From Candidatus Woesearchaeota archaeon (GTDB lineage Archaea; Nanobdellota; Nanobdellia; SCGC-AAA011-G17; JACPIM01), in assembly GCA_964513145.1 (NCBI GenBank), contig CAZELK010000004.1:6961-70960 (forward strand): 64,000 nucleotides of DNA, given 5' to 3'. Below, piece by piece: positions 48,040-57,730 of this stretch (its first letter is position 1; each line of letters opens with the position of its first letter). Made by a program: the position numbers and the translations under genes. A model generated the notes under the pieces. The model was not told where the DNA came from. It saw only the letters and a list, made by a program, of their open reading frames with translations, and made no database searches.

Positions 48040-48446
48040 CATTTTACAACCTTCCTTAATTTAAAGAATAAATTTATTTTATTTTGCAATATTTCTTCTT
48101 TTACTGGCGGACCATAAGCAATATCGTCTCTTTTATTTACAATTTCTTTAACTAAACTTATTATCTCTTCAATATTTCCTATAGAATCAAGCGGAGATAC
48201 AATTTGTCTTTGAATATAATCTTTTAATTTGTCATCTTTTTTCTTAAACCATCTATGATTAATTTTTGATCATTCCTTGATTATATTTAAATTATGAAAA
48301 TGTTGTTCTAAAATATTTACAGCACCCAAAGATAAATAAAATGCTAGTCTTCTCTGATGGGGCAATAAACCTCTTTTATCATTTAAAGCCGAATTGATTT
48401 CTTCTAAAACTTCATTTATTATCTCCTGATGTTTTTCGATTTTCAT
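48036..48446 (-). pseudogene. HEPN-like protein interrupted by in-frame TGA
   Basis: 137-codon frame MKIEKHQEIINEV...IIKE*SKINHRWF...RDDIAYG...; TGA at 48270-48272. Confidence 0.6.
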
Positions 48447-48813
48447 TTTAAGTCATTTGTCTTAACACAATTAAGACAGGTGTCTACATAATAAAAATTA
48501 TTAAACTCTAATTTTAGAAATGTGAATGAGAATAAAATCTGGAAATCAAATTTAATTTAGAGATTTGTTAATAGGTTGCATAGCTCAAGAAAATTGTTAT
48601 AGTTTAAAAACAAATAATAAAAAACATTTTGAAAGAATTCCAGGGTTAATTTTATTATAAACTGATTATATCTTTTTAATAAATTCAATCATTCAAAATT
48701 TTATTTGAATATCTTGAAAATGTTTCAATAATGCAATTAAAAGTTCGTAATTCTTCTGAAAATTAAATCACAAACTATTTAAAATAAAAATTACTTAATT
48801 ACTTTAATAAGAG

Positions 48814-50298
48814 GTGATTAATTTTTTGGAAGTTTATAAAAACTTTATAGGCGGCAAGTTCATTAATTCAGAATCAGGAAAAACATTTGCAAGCATAAAT
48901 CCGAGCAATGGAAAAATTTTGGGTTATTTTCAAGAAAGCAATAAAAAAGATTTGGACAATGCTATTAAATCTGCTTTAAATGGTTTTAAATTTTGGAGGA
49001 ATTTTCCAGCACCAAAAAGGGGGGAAATTCTATTTAATGTTGCCAAATTGCTAAAAGAAAATAAAAAAAGACTAAGCAGATTAGTTACAATGGAAATGGG
49101 AAAAGTAATTTCAGAAGCTGAAGGTGATGTGCAAGAGGCAATTGATATTTTTGAATATATGGGTGGAGAGGGAAGAAGATTATTTGGGGTAACGACGCCG
49201 TCAGAATTAAGAGATAAATTTTGCATGACATTAAGAAGACCTTTAGGAATTACTGCCTTGATAACGCCATGGAATTTTCCAATTGCGATTCCTGCATGGA
49301 AAATTTCTGCAAGTTTAATTTGCGGAAACAGCGTTATATTCAAACCAAGTTCTGACACGCCATTATGCGCTTTTGAATTAGTAAAAATATTAGATGATGC
49401 TGGCTTGCCTGAGGGAGTTTTAAACTTAATTACTGGAAAAGGCGAGGAAATTGGAAATGAAATTATAAAGAATAAGAATATTAACTGTATTTCATTTACT
49501 GGATCCAGAGAAGTCGGCGAGTTTATTTTAAAAAATTCTGGTGTTAATAGAATTGGTTTAGAGATGGGTGGCAAAAATCCGATTATAATTATGGATGATG
49601 CTAATTTAGATCTTGCTTTAGAAGGCGTGATATGGGGTGGGTTTGGAACTACAGGGCAAAGATGTACAGCTGCGTCAAGAATAATTCTTCATAATGATAT
49701 TAAAAAAGAATTTGAAGAGAAATTATTAAAGAAAACTAAAAAACTGAAAATAGGCGATGGATTAAAAGAAAATACTGATGTCGGTCCTTTAATTGCTGAA
49801 AGAGCAATCCACAAAGTAGATTTTTATGTTAGCTCTGGGAAAAAAGAGGGAGCTCAACTTATTTGTGGTGGGAAAAGAATATCAAGTAGTGGGTTCTTTT
49901 ATGAGCCCACTATATTCACAAATGTGAAAAAAGAAATGCGGATAGCAAAAGAAGAAATCTTCGGTCCTGTTATATGCTTGATAAGTGTGAAAGATATTGA
50001 TGAAGCAATAGAAATATGCAACAGTGTTGACTATGGTTTAAGCTCCAGTATTTATACTGAGAATATACAAAATGCATTTAAGGCAATTGAGAAAATAGAT
50101 GCTGGCTTAACTTATGTAAATAGTTCAACTATAGGGAGCGAAGTTCATTTGCCTTTTGGCGGTGTAAAAAGTACAGGCAATGGAACAAGAGAAGGCGGGT
50201 ATACTGCTATTGAAGAATTCTCAGAAATTAAAACAGCTTATATTGATTATTCAAATAAATTACAAAAAGCACAAATAGATAGCGTGAGAGTGAAATGA
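48814..50298 (+). CDS. NAD-dependent aldehyde dehydrogenase
   Basis: ITPWNFP, FTGS, LEMGGKNP, GQRCTA, EEIFGPV, PFGG; start may be TTG 48826. Confidence 0.95.
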   Translation: MINFLEVYKNFIGGKFINSESGKTFASINPSNGKILGYFQESNKKDLDNAIKSALNGFKFWRNFPAPKRGEILFNVAKLLKENKKRLSRLVTMEMGKVISEAEGDVQEAIDIFEYMGGEGRRLFGVTTPSELRDKFCMTLRRPLGITALITPWNFPIAIPAWKISASLICGNSVIFKPSSDTPLCAFELVKILDDAGLPEGVLNLITGKGEEIGNEIIKNKNINCISFTGSREVGEFILKNSGVNRIGLEMGGKNPIIIMDDANLDLALEGVIWGGFGTTGQRCTAASRIILHNDIKKEFEEKLLKKTKKLKIGDGLKENTDVGPLIAERAIHKVDFYVSSGKKEGAQLICGGKRISSSGFFYEPTIFTNVKKEMRIAKEEIFGPVICLISVKDIDEAIEICNSVDYGLSSSIYTENIQNAFKAIEKIDAGLTYVNSSTIGSEVHLPFGGVKSTGNGTREGGYTAIEEFSEIKTAYIDYSNKLQKAQIDSVRVK

Positions 50299-50603
50299 GT
50301 TTACAAAAAATATTTGGATATGCTGAGTTAATTATTGGTGTAATTTTAATATTTGGGGTTATAATTGGTTCTTATTTTGTATTTTCTGTAACTTCAAATA
50401 TTATATCAAAAGGGGATAATATTATTAGTTCAGCTGCAAGCAATGCTGGTTTTGAAAAAGAGGAAGTTAGTCAGTATAAACAATCTTTACAAGAAATAAT
50501 TCCTTTATTAATTTATAGTGTTGGTGGTGTTTATTTACTGATATTTTTGTTAATTGGAATTTTATTTAGTTTACAAGGAATCTTGAATATTAGGGAGGAA
50601 TAA
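50295..50603 (+). CDS. Small membrane protein
   Basis: Two TM segments. Confidence 0.6.
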   Translation: MSLQKIFGYAELIIGVILIFGVIIGSYFVFSVTSNIISKGDNIISSAASNAGFEKEEVSQYKQSLQEIIPLLIYSVGGVYLLIFLLIGILFSLQGILNIREE

Positions 50604-50605
50604 AA

Positions 50606-50728
50606 ATGTCAGATTATGGAGATTTTAGCCAGAGAAAAAGCAAGAATGATAAAAAAGCAAAAAGAAGGGTAAGGGTTTATAAGAAAGGCGGAAAATACAG
50701 GGGAATTGACCTTACGAAAAAAGAATAA
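50606..50728 (+). CDS. Small basic 40 aa protein
   Basis: MSDYGDFSQRKSKNDKKAKRRVRVYKKGGKYRGIDLTKKE; gggagg RBS upstream. Confidence 0.5.
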   Translation: MSDYGDFSQRKSKNDKKAKRRVRVYKKGGKYRGIDLTKKE

Positions 50729-50752
50729 TCTAGCAAAATTATATAAATACCA

Positions 50753-50773
50753 GGTGTATACTAATTGTATACC
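50753..50773. promoter_or_regulatory. Putative RHH operator (two GTATAC palindromes)
   Basis: gtatac-taatt-gtatac immediately upstream of antitoxin ATG. Confidence 0.4.
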
Positions 50774-50995
50774 ATGACAGATGCAATAGGGGTAAAATTA
50801 CCATCAAGATTGAAAGAAGAAATAGATGAATTAATCAGATTAGGGGTATTTGTTTCCAGATCAGATGCTTTAAAATTTGGAGCCAGATTAGTTGTTATGC
50901 TTGAAAAAATGGAACTTCCTTTATCTAAAAGAGCAGAAGAATATGCTTTTGAAGAAATAACACAAAAATTTAAGAGGATTAAGAATGTACATTGA
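50765..50995 (+). CDS. Ribbon-helix-helix (CopG-type) antitoxin
   Basis: IGVKLPSRLKEEIDELIRLGVFVSRSDALK. Confidence 0.8.
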   Translation: MYTMTDAIGVKLPSRLKEEIDELIRLGVFVSRSDALKFGARLVVMLEKMELPLSKRAEEYAFEEITQKFKRIKNVH

Positions 50996-51377
50996 TGCAG
51001 ATGTTATTTATGCCCATATAAAACCAACTGACTGGCTTAAACTTTATGCTGACAAGATTATTTCTTTAAAAAATTTACAAACTTCTATAATAAGCATAAC
51101 TGAATTAGAAATTGCAGCTAAAAGAGATTTTCAGGATGATTTTTATAATAGAGTTTTAGATAAAGTAAAAGAAATAAAAAATCTCAAAATAATAAACTTA
51201 GACATTAAAATATTGAAAAAAGCAATAGAATTAAGAAAACAATACAGTCTTGGTATTTTTGATTCAATTCATATTGCAACAGCAATAATCTTCAAGGAAA
51301 ATGTTATAATCAGTTCAGATTCTGCTTTTGATAATATTGTTGAAATAAAAAGAAAAGACCCAAGAGCGTACAAATAA
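50985..51377 (+). CDS. vapC: PIN-domain toxin (VapC)
   Basis: YIDADVIY, TELE, FDSIHIATA, ISSD. Confidence 0.88.
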   Translation: MYIDADVIYAHIKPTDWLKLYADKIISLKNLQTSIISITELEIAAKRDFQDDFYNRVLDKVKEIKNLKIINLDIKILKKAIELRKQYSLGIFDSIHIATAIIFKENVIISSDSAFDNIVEIKRKDPRAYK

Positions 51378-51386
51378 AATACAAAA

Positions 51387-53720
51387 TTGATTATTATGAT
51401 TAAAAAAATAGGCGTTAAAACAAAAAAATTAATTGAAAGGGACACTAAAGTAATAAGCCCATCTTTGACAAGAGAATATGAATTTGCTTTTCAAAAAGGA
51501 AAGGGTGTTTTTGTTTATGATGTTGACAATAAAAAATATCTTGATTTTGCTGCAGGGGTTGCTGTAAACAGCCTGGGTTATGGAAATAAAGAAGTAATTA
51601 ATGCAATTAAAAAACAATTAAATTATGGAGTTCATATTGGGTTTAGTGATTTTTATTGCGAGAAACCAGTTGAATTTGTCGAGCTTCTTTTAAAATTTTT
51701 ACCAAATAATTTACAAAAAGCTTTTTTATCAAATTCAGGAACTGAAAGCATTGAATGCGCAATGAAGCTAGCTAAATGGCATACAAGAAGAAAGTGGTGC
51801 ATTAGTTTTAATAATTCTTTTCATGGAAGATGTTACGATGAACAGACAGAAGTTTTAACAGAAAGTGGCTGGAAATTTTTTAAAAATTTAATTAAAGAAG
51901 ATAAAGTGCTAACTTTAAATTTAAACAACAATAGTATTGAATATCAAAATCTTGTTGGCATATATTCTTATGACTATGATGATGAATTGATTCATTTCAA
52001 AAGCTCATCTATTGATTTATTGGTTACTCCAAATCATAATATGTTAGTGGAATTCAAAGGAAATATTTCTCTAATTGAAGCAAATAAAGTTCGCACTCAT
52101 ATGAAGATACCAAGATCAGGAAATTGGATGGGAATTGAAAAACAAAAATTTATACTTCCAGCTATTCAAATAGAGAGATCTTCTCGAAATGGAAATGTTA
52201 CTTTTCAGGAAATTAGGGAAAGAGAAATACTGTTAAATTTATGGGTGAAATTTTTTGGGATTTGGCTTGCTGAGGGGTGGACTTCTTCTATAACAAAAGA
52301 ATGCTATAATACTGGGATAGCTCAAAAAGATTCAATAATTTGCAATAAAATTGAAAATTTATTAAACGAAATGGATTTTAAATATAGTAAAAGAGAGAAA
52401 AAAAGAAATTGTTATGAATATATAATACAAGAAGGCAAACAATTATGGTCTTATTTAAATCAATTTGGCGGTTCTCATACAAAGTTTATTCCTGAAGAAA
52501 TAAAAAATCTACCCCCCGATTACTTAAAATTATTATTAGAATGGATGTGTTATGGAGATGGTACAATAGATAAATCAAATAGAAACATATATTTTACTTG
52601 TTCAAAAAAATTGGCTGACGATGTGCAAGAAATATTTTTAAAAATTGGTTCAAATGCTAGAATTTATAGTAGAAAAAGAAAAACTACTTTTTCAAAATCG
52701 GAATGTATATTTTATGAAGTAAGAGAAAGAAAAAGAAGTCATCATCTATTGTGGACTAAAAAAGGAGCAATAAAAAAAGAAAATTATTGTGGAAAAGTTT
52801 ATTGCTGCGAAGTTCCGAACCATGTTATTTACGTAAGAAGAAATGGCTACCCAGCTTGGTGTGGTAATTCTTACGGGAGTTTATCTTTAACAGATTCTAA
52901 AAAAGTTCATAAAGAAAGATTTGAACCTTTTTTGCCTGTAAAACATGTTCCTTATGCAGACACTTATAGATTTAATGGAAATAAAGATGAATGTGCAAAT
53001 CATTGCCTGAATGAACTTGAAAAAACAATTAATGGATTACAAAATGATGTTGCAGCTATTTTTCTGGAACCTATCCAGGGGGAGGGCGGATATATTGTGC
53101 CGCCAGTTGAATTTGTAAAAGGTGTAAGAGAAATTTGTGATAAATATAACATTTTATTGGTTGCTGATGAAGTTCAATCAGGCTGCTACAGAACTGGAAA
53201 ATTTCTAGCTATTGAGAACTTTAAAATTAAACCAGACATAGTTTGTTTAAGCAAGGCTGTTGGTGGTGGACTGCCTTTGGGTGTTACTTTAGCTTCCAAT
53301 GAAATTATGGATTGGGTTCAAGGGAGTCACGCAAACACACTTGGCGGAAATTTATTAAGCTGCAGTGCAGGAATTGCAACTTTAAATTATTATAAAAGAC
53401 ATAAGATATGGAATAATGTCTTGAATGTTGGGGAATTTATTTTAAAAAAATTAGAGAAATTAAAAAAAGAACATGAAGTTATTGGTGATGTTCGTGGCAT
53501 TGGTTTAATGATAGGGGCTGAATTTGTTGACAATAAAAAAAATAAATGGTATAATGTCGACTTCAGGGATAAACTATTGTACAAATGCAAAGACAATGGA
53601 CTAATATTAATTGGTTCTGGAAAAAGTGTAATTAGACTTTGTCCGCCTTTAATTTTGAATAAGAAAGAAGCTAACTTGGGTTTAAATATATTTGAAAATT
53701 CTATTAAAAAAATTAATTAA
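51387..53720 (+). CDS. Class III PLP aminotransferase (ornithine/acetylornithine type) with intein
   Basis: YLDFAAG, NSGTE, FHGR|SYG, EPIQGEGG, DEVQSG, SKAVGGG, GLMIG. Confidence 0.92.
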   Translation: MIIMIKKIGVKTKKLIERDTKVISPSLTREYEFAFQKGKGVFVYDVDNKKYLDFAAGVAVNSLGYGNKEVINAIKKQLNYGVHIGFSDFYCEKPVEFVELLLKFLPNNLQKAFLSNSGTESIECAMKLAKWHTRRKWCISFNNSFHGRCYDEQTEVLTESGWKFFKNLIKEDKVLTLNLNNNSIEYQNLVGIYSYDYDDELIHFKSSSIDLLVTPNHNMLVEFKGNISLIEANKVRTHMKIPRSGNWMGIEKQKFILPAIQIERSSRNGNVTFQEIREREILLNLWVKFFGIWLAEGWTSSITKECYNTGIAQKDSIICNKIENLLNEMDFKYSKREKKRNCYEYIIQEGKQLWSYLNQFGGSHTKFIPEEIKNLPPDYLKLLLEWMCYGDGTIDKSNRNIYFTCSKKLADDVQEIFLKIGSNARIYSRKRKTTFSKSECIFYEVRERKRSHHLLWTKKGAIKKENYCGKVYCCEVPNHVIYVRRNGYPAWCGNSYGSLSLTDSKKVHKERFEPFLPVKHVPYADTYRFNGNKDECANHCLNELEKTINGLQNDVAAIFLEPIQGEGGYIVPPVEFVKGVREICDKYNILLVADEVQSGCYRTGKFLAIENFKIKPDIVCLSKAVGGGLPLGVTLASNEIMDWVQGSHANTLGGNLLSCSAGIATLNYYKRHKIWNNVLNVGEFILKKLEKLKKEHEVIGDVRGIGLMIGAEFVDNKKNKWYNVDFRDKLLYKCKDNGLILIGSGKSVIRLCPPLILNKKEANLGLNIFENSIKKIN
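51831..52868 (+). mobile_element. Intein with LAGLIDADG-type endonuclease domain (346 aa)
   Basis: Starts CYDEQTEVLT, VTPNHNM, FFGIWLAEGW and WMCYGDG, ends VRRNGYPAWCGN then Ser+1. Confidence 0.92.
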
Positions 53721-54546
53721 TATTTTGATAACTAAAACCTTTTTTGAAATCTTTTAACCAAGATCCTTCCAGAAATCTGAATTGTTTTTTGTTCTTTTCA
53801 ACAGTTAAAATTCCCATGCATTTGTCATTTAATTTGTGGCTTTTTCTAAATCCTACCTGGTCTAATGAATAAGATTCAGTATCATTTACTAGGTCTAGTT
53901 TACTGCCAACATGCATATGACCACAAAAATGATATTCTGGCTTTAATATTTTTAGAACTTCTCTTATTTCTTCTGAGTCTGGTTCATGTGTTAAAAAAAT
54001 ATCTATATTTCCCAAATTATTTATTCTTCTTAAGTCTGAATGTGAAAAATTATAATCTTTTACACCCCCGGATATCCTGCCAAGACCTGAAACTCTTAAT
54101 TTTAAATCTCCTTTTTTTATTTCATAAACTTCTCCGGGCGGAAGATATAATATTTTTCCAAAAAAATCTACTGGTATTGGCACTTTTCTTGCAGAACTTT
54201 CTAATATTCTTAAACTTTCCTGATCTTCGTGATTTCCTGCAATAAAAACAAGATCAGCATCAATTTTTGTTTCTTTATTATCAAAATGTCTTTTACTTAT
54301 ATCAGTTTCATTTAAAAAATCCTGAAATCCCAATTCAACAGGGTCTTTTTTAGCAAATTTAGCTGTTGCTTCATCTAATTTTGAAAGATCAGGGAAATAA
54401 CCCAAGTCTCCAACCTGAAGTATTGAATCTAGTTTTGCATTAGTTACTTTTTCGTATTTTTTTAATACAGACAAGGCTAAGTCTAAATGACCATGTAAAT
54501 CGCCCAAAACTGCTATATTTAATTTGTCTTCAATCATACAAAACAT
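53713..54546 (-). CDS. Calcineurin-like metallophosphoesterase
   Basis: GDLHG, GDLG, GNHE, THEP, GHMH. Confidence 0.88.
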   Translation of the reverse strand: MFCMIEDKLNIAVLGDLHGHLDLALSVLKKYEKVTNAKLDSILQVGDLGYFPDLSKLDEATAKFAKKDPVELGFQDFLNETDISKRHFDNKETKIDADLVFIAGNHEDQESLRILESSARKVPIPVDFFGKILYLPPGEVYEIKKGDLKLRVSGLGRISGGVKDYNFSHSDLRRINNLGNIDIFLTHEPDSEEIREVLKILKPEYHFCGHMHVGSKLDLVNDTESYSLDQVGFRKSHKLNDKCMGILTVEKNKKQFRFLEGSWLKDFKKGFSYQNIN

Positions 54547-54592
54547 ACAAGAAAATTCATTTATAAATATTATGGTTTAGTAGTAACAAATT

Positions 54593-55330
54593 TTAAAATG
54601 TGGTTATATCGATTATTTTAACCAGGTGCTCTTTATGAATTTCTATTAAATCCAAAAGACTATGTTCAAAAAATGTGAAATTTACTTTTCTTTGGAGACT
54701 GGCAATCATCAACTTGCCAAGATCTTCTATTAATGGCTTAAAAGGACCAGAGTATATTATTGCTGTTTTTTCTTCTTCACCAATTGGCAAGGTTCTTCTA
54801 AATCCCAGATGTTTTTCTACTAATCTTTTATCAATGAATATTGAATTAAATAAATTAGAACTTATGAATATATCCAAATCAACATCACTGACTCTGTTAT
54901 AATCACTAGGCTGACCAAAATATGGGCTGTTTTTATTTTGAGAAAAACCAGAAACTAAGCTTCCGCCCAAATAAAAAGAAATTTTTTCTCCTTGAGGGAA
55001 TTCTTTAGCAAACGGAGATTTAAAAAAAGAACTTATTTTTCTTTGAATATTATACATATCTTTTTCTGTTGCTCTTGGACCTGGTTCTTTAAATTCCTGT
55101 TCTTTTTCACTTTTATTTTTTATTTCTTTTAATAAGTCTTTGTAAATTCTCTTGCTAATTCGCCCTTTTTGCTGTTCAACTTTGCCTAATATAATGACTG
55201 CTTCTTCTTTAGAAAACTTTTTTGCTGAATTGACTGTTACAATTAAGTCATTAATATCTTCCCTAGAAAGTATATCACTTTCTATTTCCCTATATAACTC
55301 TTCAATGCCACCTTTTTTTGATTTTGACAT
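54593..55330 (-). CDS. Putative pol-beta-type nucleotidyltransferase
   Basis: YLGGSLVSG...SDVDLDIFI. Confidence 0.55.
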   Translation of the reverse strand: MSKSKKGGIEELYREIESDILSREDINDLIVTVNSAKKFSKEEAVIILGKVEQQKGRISKRIYKDLLKEIKNKSEKEQEFKEPGPRATEKDMYNIQRKISSFFKSPFAKEFPQGEKISFYLGGSLVSGFSQNKNSPYFGQPSDYNRVSDVDLDIFISSNLFNSIFIDKRLVEKHLGFRRTLPIGEEEKTAIIYSGPFKPLIEDLGKLMIASLQRKVNFTFFEHSLLDLIEIHKEHLVKIIDITTF

Positions 55331-55351
55331 ATTAAACTTAATATTTTCTTA

Positions 55352-55558
55352 TTAATTAACTTTTTCTTCGATAATTTCTGAAATCGATTTTCCTGTTTTT
55401 TCTTTTAATTCTTTTAATTTATTTATAGTTCTAACTGACAAAGTTATATCTATCCTTTTTCTTTGAAATGGCAGTTCTCTTGTTTTATCATAATTTTCAA
55501 GGGCTTCAAATACATCCTTATACTTTTTTAATATTTTTTTTATTTCACTGGATTGCAT
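55352..55558 (-). CDS. Small RHH-like DNA-binding protein
   Basis: KRIDITLSVRTINKLKELKEKTGKSISEIIE. Confidence 0.7.
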   Translation of the reverse strand: MQSSEIKKILKKYKDVFEALENYDKTRELPFQRKRIDITLSVRTINKLKELKEKTGKSISEIIEEKVN

Positions 55559-55639
55559 TTTTCATTCTCCTTTCTATATTACGAATATTGGTTATATTTT
55601 GTTTTGAAATTGATGTTATATGATGCGTTAGAAGATCAT

Positions 55640-55720
55640 TATTTACTTGTTTTTTGTTTTGTTCATATGACATTTTTTCTAATTCTATTATATAACCATA
55701 ACCTTTGGTGTCATCAAATA
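55640..55720 (-). pseudogene. Possible CYTH-family gene remnant
   Basis: Short frame FDDTKGYGYIIELEKMS resembles C-terminal part of CYTH proteins; no start or upstream body. Confidence 0.3.
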
Positions 55721-55775
55721 CTATTTTATATGTAATTATAAAAGGTTTTATATTGATAAATATAATCCTTTAATC

Positions 55776-56090
55776 ATGAAAGTCTTGTTTATCTGCAATC
55801 AAAATCAAAATAGAAGCAAAACTGCTGAGATTTTATTTAAAGACAAGTTTGAAACTAAATCTGCTGGATTATATAACAATATTGTCACTGAAAAAGAAAT
55901 TGAATGGGCCGATATTGTTTTTGTTATGGATGATGAACAAAGAAAAGAAATATCCAAGAGATTTCCAAAACAATATTTAAGAAAGAGAGTTTTATCTTTG
56001 GATATATCTGATATTTATTATTTTAATCAACCTGAACTAATTGAACTATTAAACAAGAAAATTAATGGACTTATTTTAGCCATTTCCTAA
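55776..56090 (+). CDS. Low-molecular-weight phosphotyrosine phosphatase-like protein
   Basis: CNQNQNRS (CX5R), SAG, WADIVFVM. Confidence 0.88.
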   Translation: MKVLFICNQNQNRSKTAEILFKDKFETKSAGLYNNIVTEKEIEWADIVFVMDDEQRKEISKRFPKQYLRKRVLSLDISDIYYFNQPELIELLNKKINGLILAIS

Positions 56091-56250
56091 ATTGCTTTTT
56101 AGCTTTTTTCTTGTTAAAGAATATTTTTGTTTCTGCTATTCCCAATTCAGGCAGCCTTCTTGTAACTTTATATTTTGTTTTTGAATTTTTAATTTCTATA
56201 GATGATATTATCCATTGTTTTGCCGGATGTCTTTTAATAATTTTAATCAT
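56071..56250 (-). CDS. Small basic hypothetical protein (59 aa)
   Basis: MIKIIKRHPAKQWIISSIEIK...KKQFRKWLK, read directly. Confidence 0.5.
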   Translation of the reverse strand: MIKIIKRHPAKQWIISSIEIKNSKTKYKVTRRLPELGIAETKIFFNKKKAKKQFRKWLK

Positions 56251-56387
56251 GAAGAAAATAATTTAAAATTCTTAATAATAACCAGGTTAAATTTTCTGAA
56301 GATATTTCAATTAAGCATGTAAAAATTACGATAAATACATTTTTATATCAAAAGGCTTTTGTATTTTATTGAAAAAAATGGTGAAAA

Positions 56388-57410
56388 ATGAGCAAAGAAT
56401 TACTCTATGAGCTTATTGGCACATTGGGGCCCAGTGGCAATGAGGGCAATGTAAGAAAAATTATTTCTAGAGAAATCAAAGATTATGTTGATGAAATGAA
56501 GGTTGACAAGATGGGCAACTTGGTTGCTAGAAAAAAAGGTTCTGGCAAAAAAGTAATGCTGACTGCACACATGGATGAAATTGGCTTGATGGTAAGCAAG
56601 ATTGAAAATAACGGGCATTTAAAAATTTCAGTTCTGGGCGGAATTGAGACTATTACATTGGTAGGGCATACTGTGAGCATCTTAAGAAAAGACAACAAAG
56701 TTGCTTGCAATGGAGTCATAACTTTTTTTGAATTGCATGAATCTTTAGAAATAGACAAAATACCAAAATTAGAAGATGTTTATATTGATACTGGGCTGAA
56801 CAAAAAAGAATTAGTTAAAAAAGGCGTTGAAGTTGGAAGTTATATTGTTACAAAACATAGGGCTTCTTTTTTAGGCAATGATGACATAATTTCCGGAAAA
56901 GCATTAGACAACAGGGTTGGATGCTATGTTTTAATACAGTTAATAAAGAGAATAAAAAAAATAAATGTTGATTGTTACTTTGTTTTTACTGTACAGGAGG
57001 AAGTTGGATTATACGGGGCAAAGACTTCAGTCTATAATATAAACCCTGATTTTGGAATTGCAATTGATGCAACAAATTCAGAGGATGCTGAAGCTACATC
57101 TGAACTTATAATGGGCAATGGGCCAACTATCACTGTAAAAGATTCTGAAATAATTGCAAGCAGGGAATTAAATGAACATTTAAGAAAACTGGCAAAAAAA
57201 TATAAAATCCCCTTACAATTAGAAGTTGTAGATGTGGGAACTACTGATGCAACAAGCATTATGTTTTCAAAAGGCGGTGTGCCAAGCACTGTTCTCAGCA
57301 TACCTGTAAGAAATTTACATTCCACAATTGGCATAACTAATTTCAATGATCTTATGAATGCAATTGCGCTTTTAGAGAAATTATTAAAGGAACCGCCAAA
57401 ATTAGTTTGA
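56388..57410 (+). CDS. M42 family (TET-like) aminopeptidase
   Basis: AHMDEIG, KALDNR, QEEVGLYGA, GTTDA, HS. Confidence 0.95.
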   Translation: MSKELLYELIGTLGPSGNEGNVRKIISREIKDYVDEMKVDKMGNLVARKKGSGKKVMLTAHMDEIGLMVSKIENNGHLKISVLGGIETITLVGHTVSILRKDNKVACNGVITFFELHESLEIDKIPKLEDVYIDTGLNKKELVKKGVEVGSYIVTKHRASFLGNDDIISGKALDNRVGCYVLIQLIKRIKKINVDCYFVFTVQEEVGLYGAKTSVYNINPDFGIAIDATNSEDAEATSELIMGNGPTITVKDSEIIASRELNEHLRKLAKKYKIPLQLEVVDVGTTDATSIMFSKGGVPSTVLSIPVRNLHSTIGITNFNDLMNAIALLEKLLKEPPKLV

Positions 57411-57680
57411 AAATCTTTTAATATGCTTTTTTGCTATTTTATTTGTCCATTTTCCTGATGTAAATCTTTTTCTTTCAAAGTTTATTTCGTCTTTTGTTTC
57501 CCCCAAGTAAACTAAATCACCCTGATAATGAACAAAATTATAGAAGTTATCATTTTTTCTTACCTGACTTATTACTATGGAATTGCTTAAATAATAGTTA
57601 TTTGGTTTTCCAGAAACATATTCTTTAGAATGTCTTGCAGAAATAACTTCATGAATTACTTTATCTAAGGTTAAACTCAT
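57402..57680 (-). CDS. Hypothetical protein
   Basis: 92 aa ORF. Confidence 0.5.
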   Translation of the reverse strand: MSLTLDKVIHEVISARHSKEYVSGKPNNYYLSNSIVISQVRKNDNFYNFVHYQGDLVYLGETKDEINFERKRFTSGKWTNKIAKKHIKRFSN

Positions 57681-57730
57681 TATATTTTTTAAGGGAAACT
57701 TATTTAAATATCTTTTCTATTTTTTTAAAA

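Noticed and set aside
48270-48272. TGA recoding (Gly/Trp/Sec) as a genome-wide code change
   Set aside because: TGA terminates clear genes in this window (1701, 23006, 38493); only one interrupted ORF was seen and no SECIS-like element was evident
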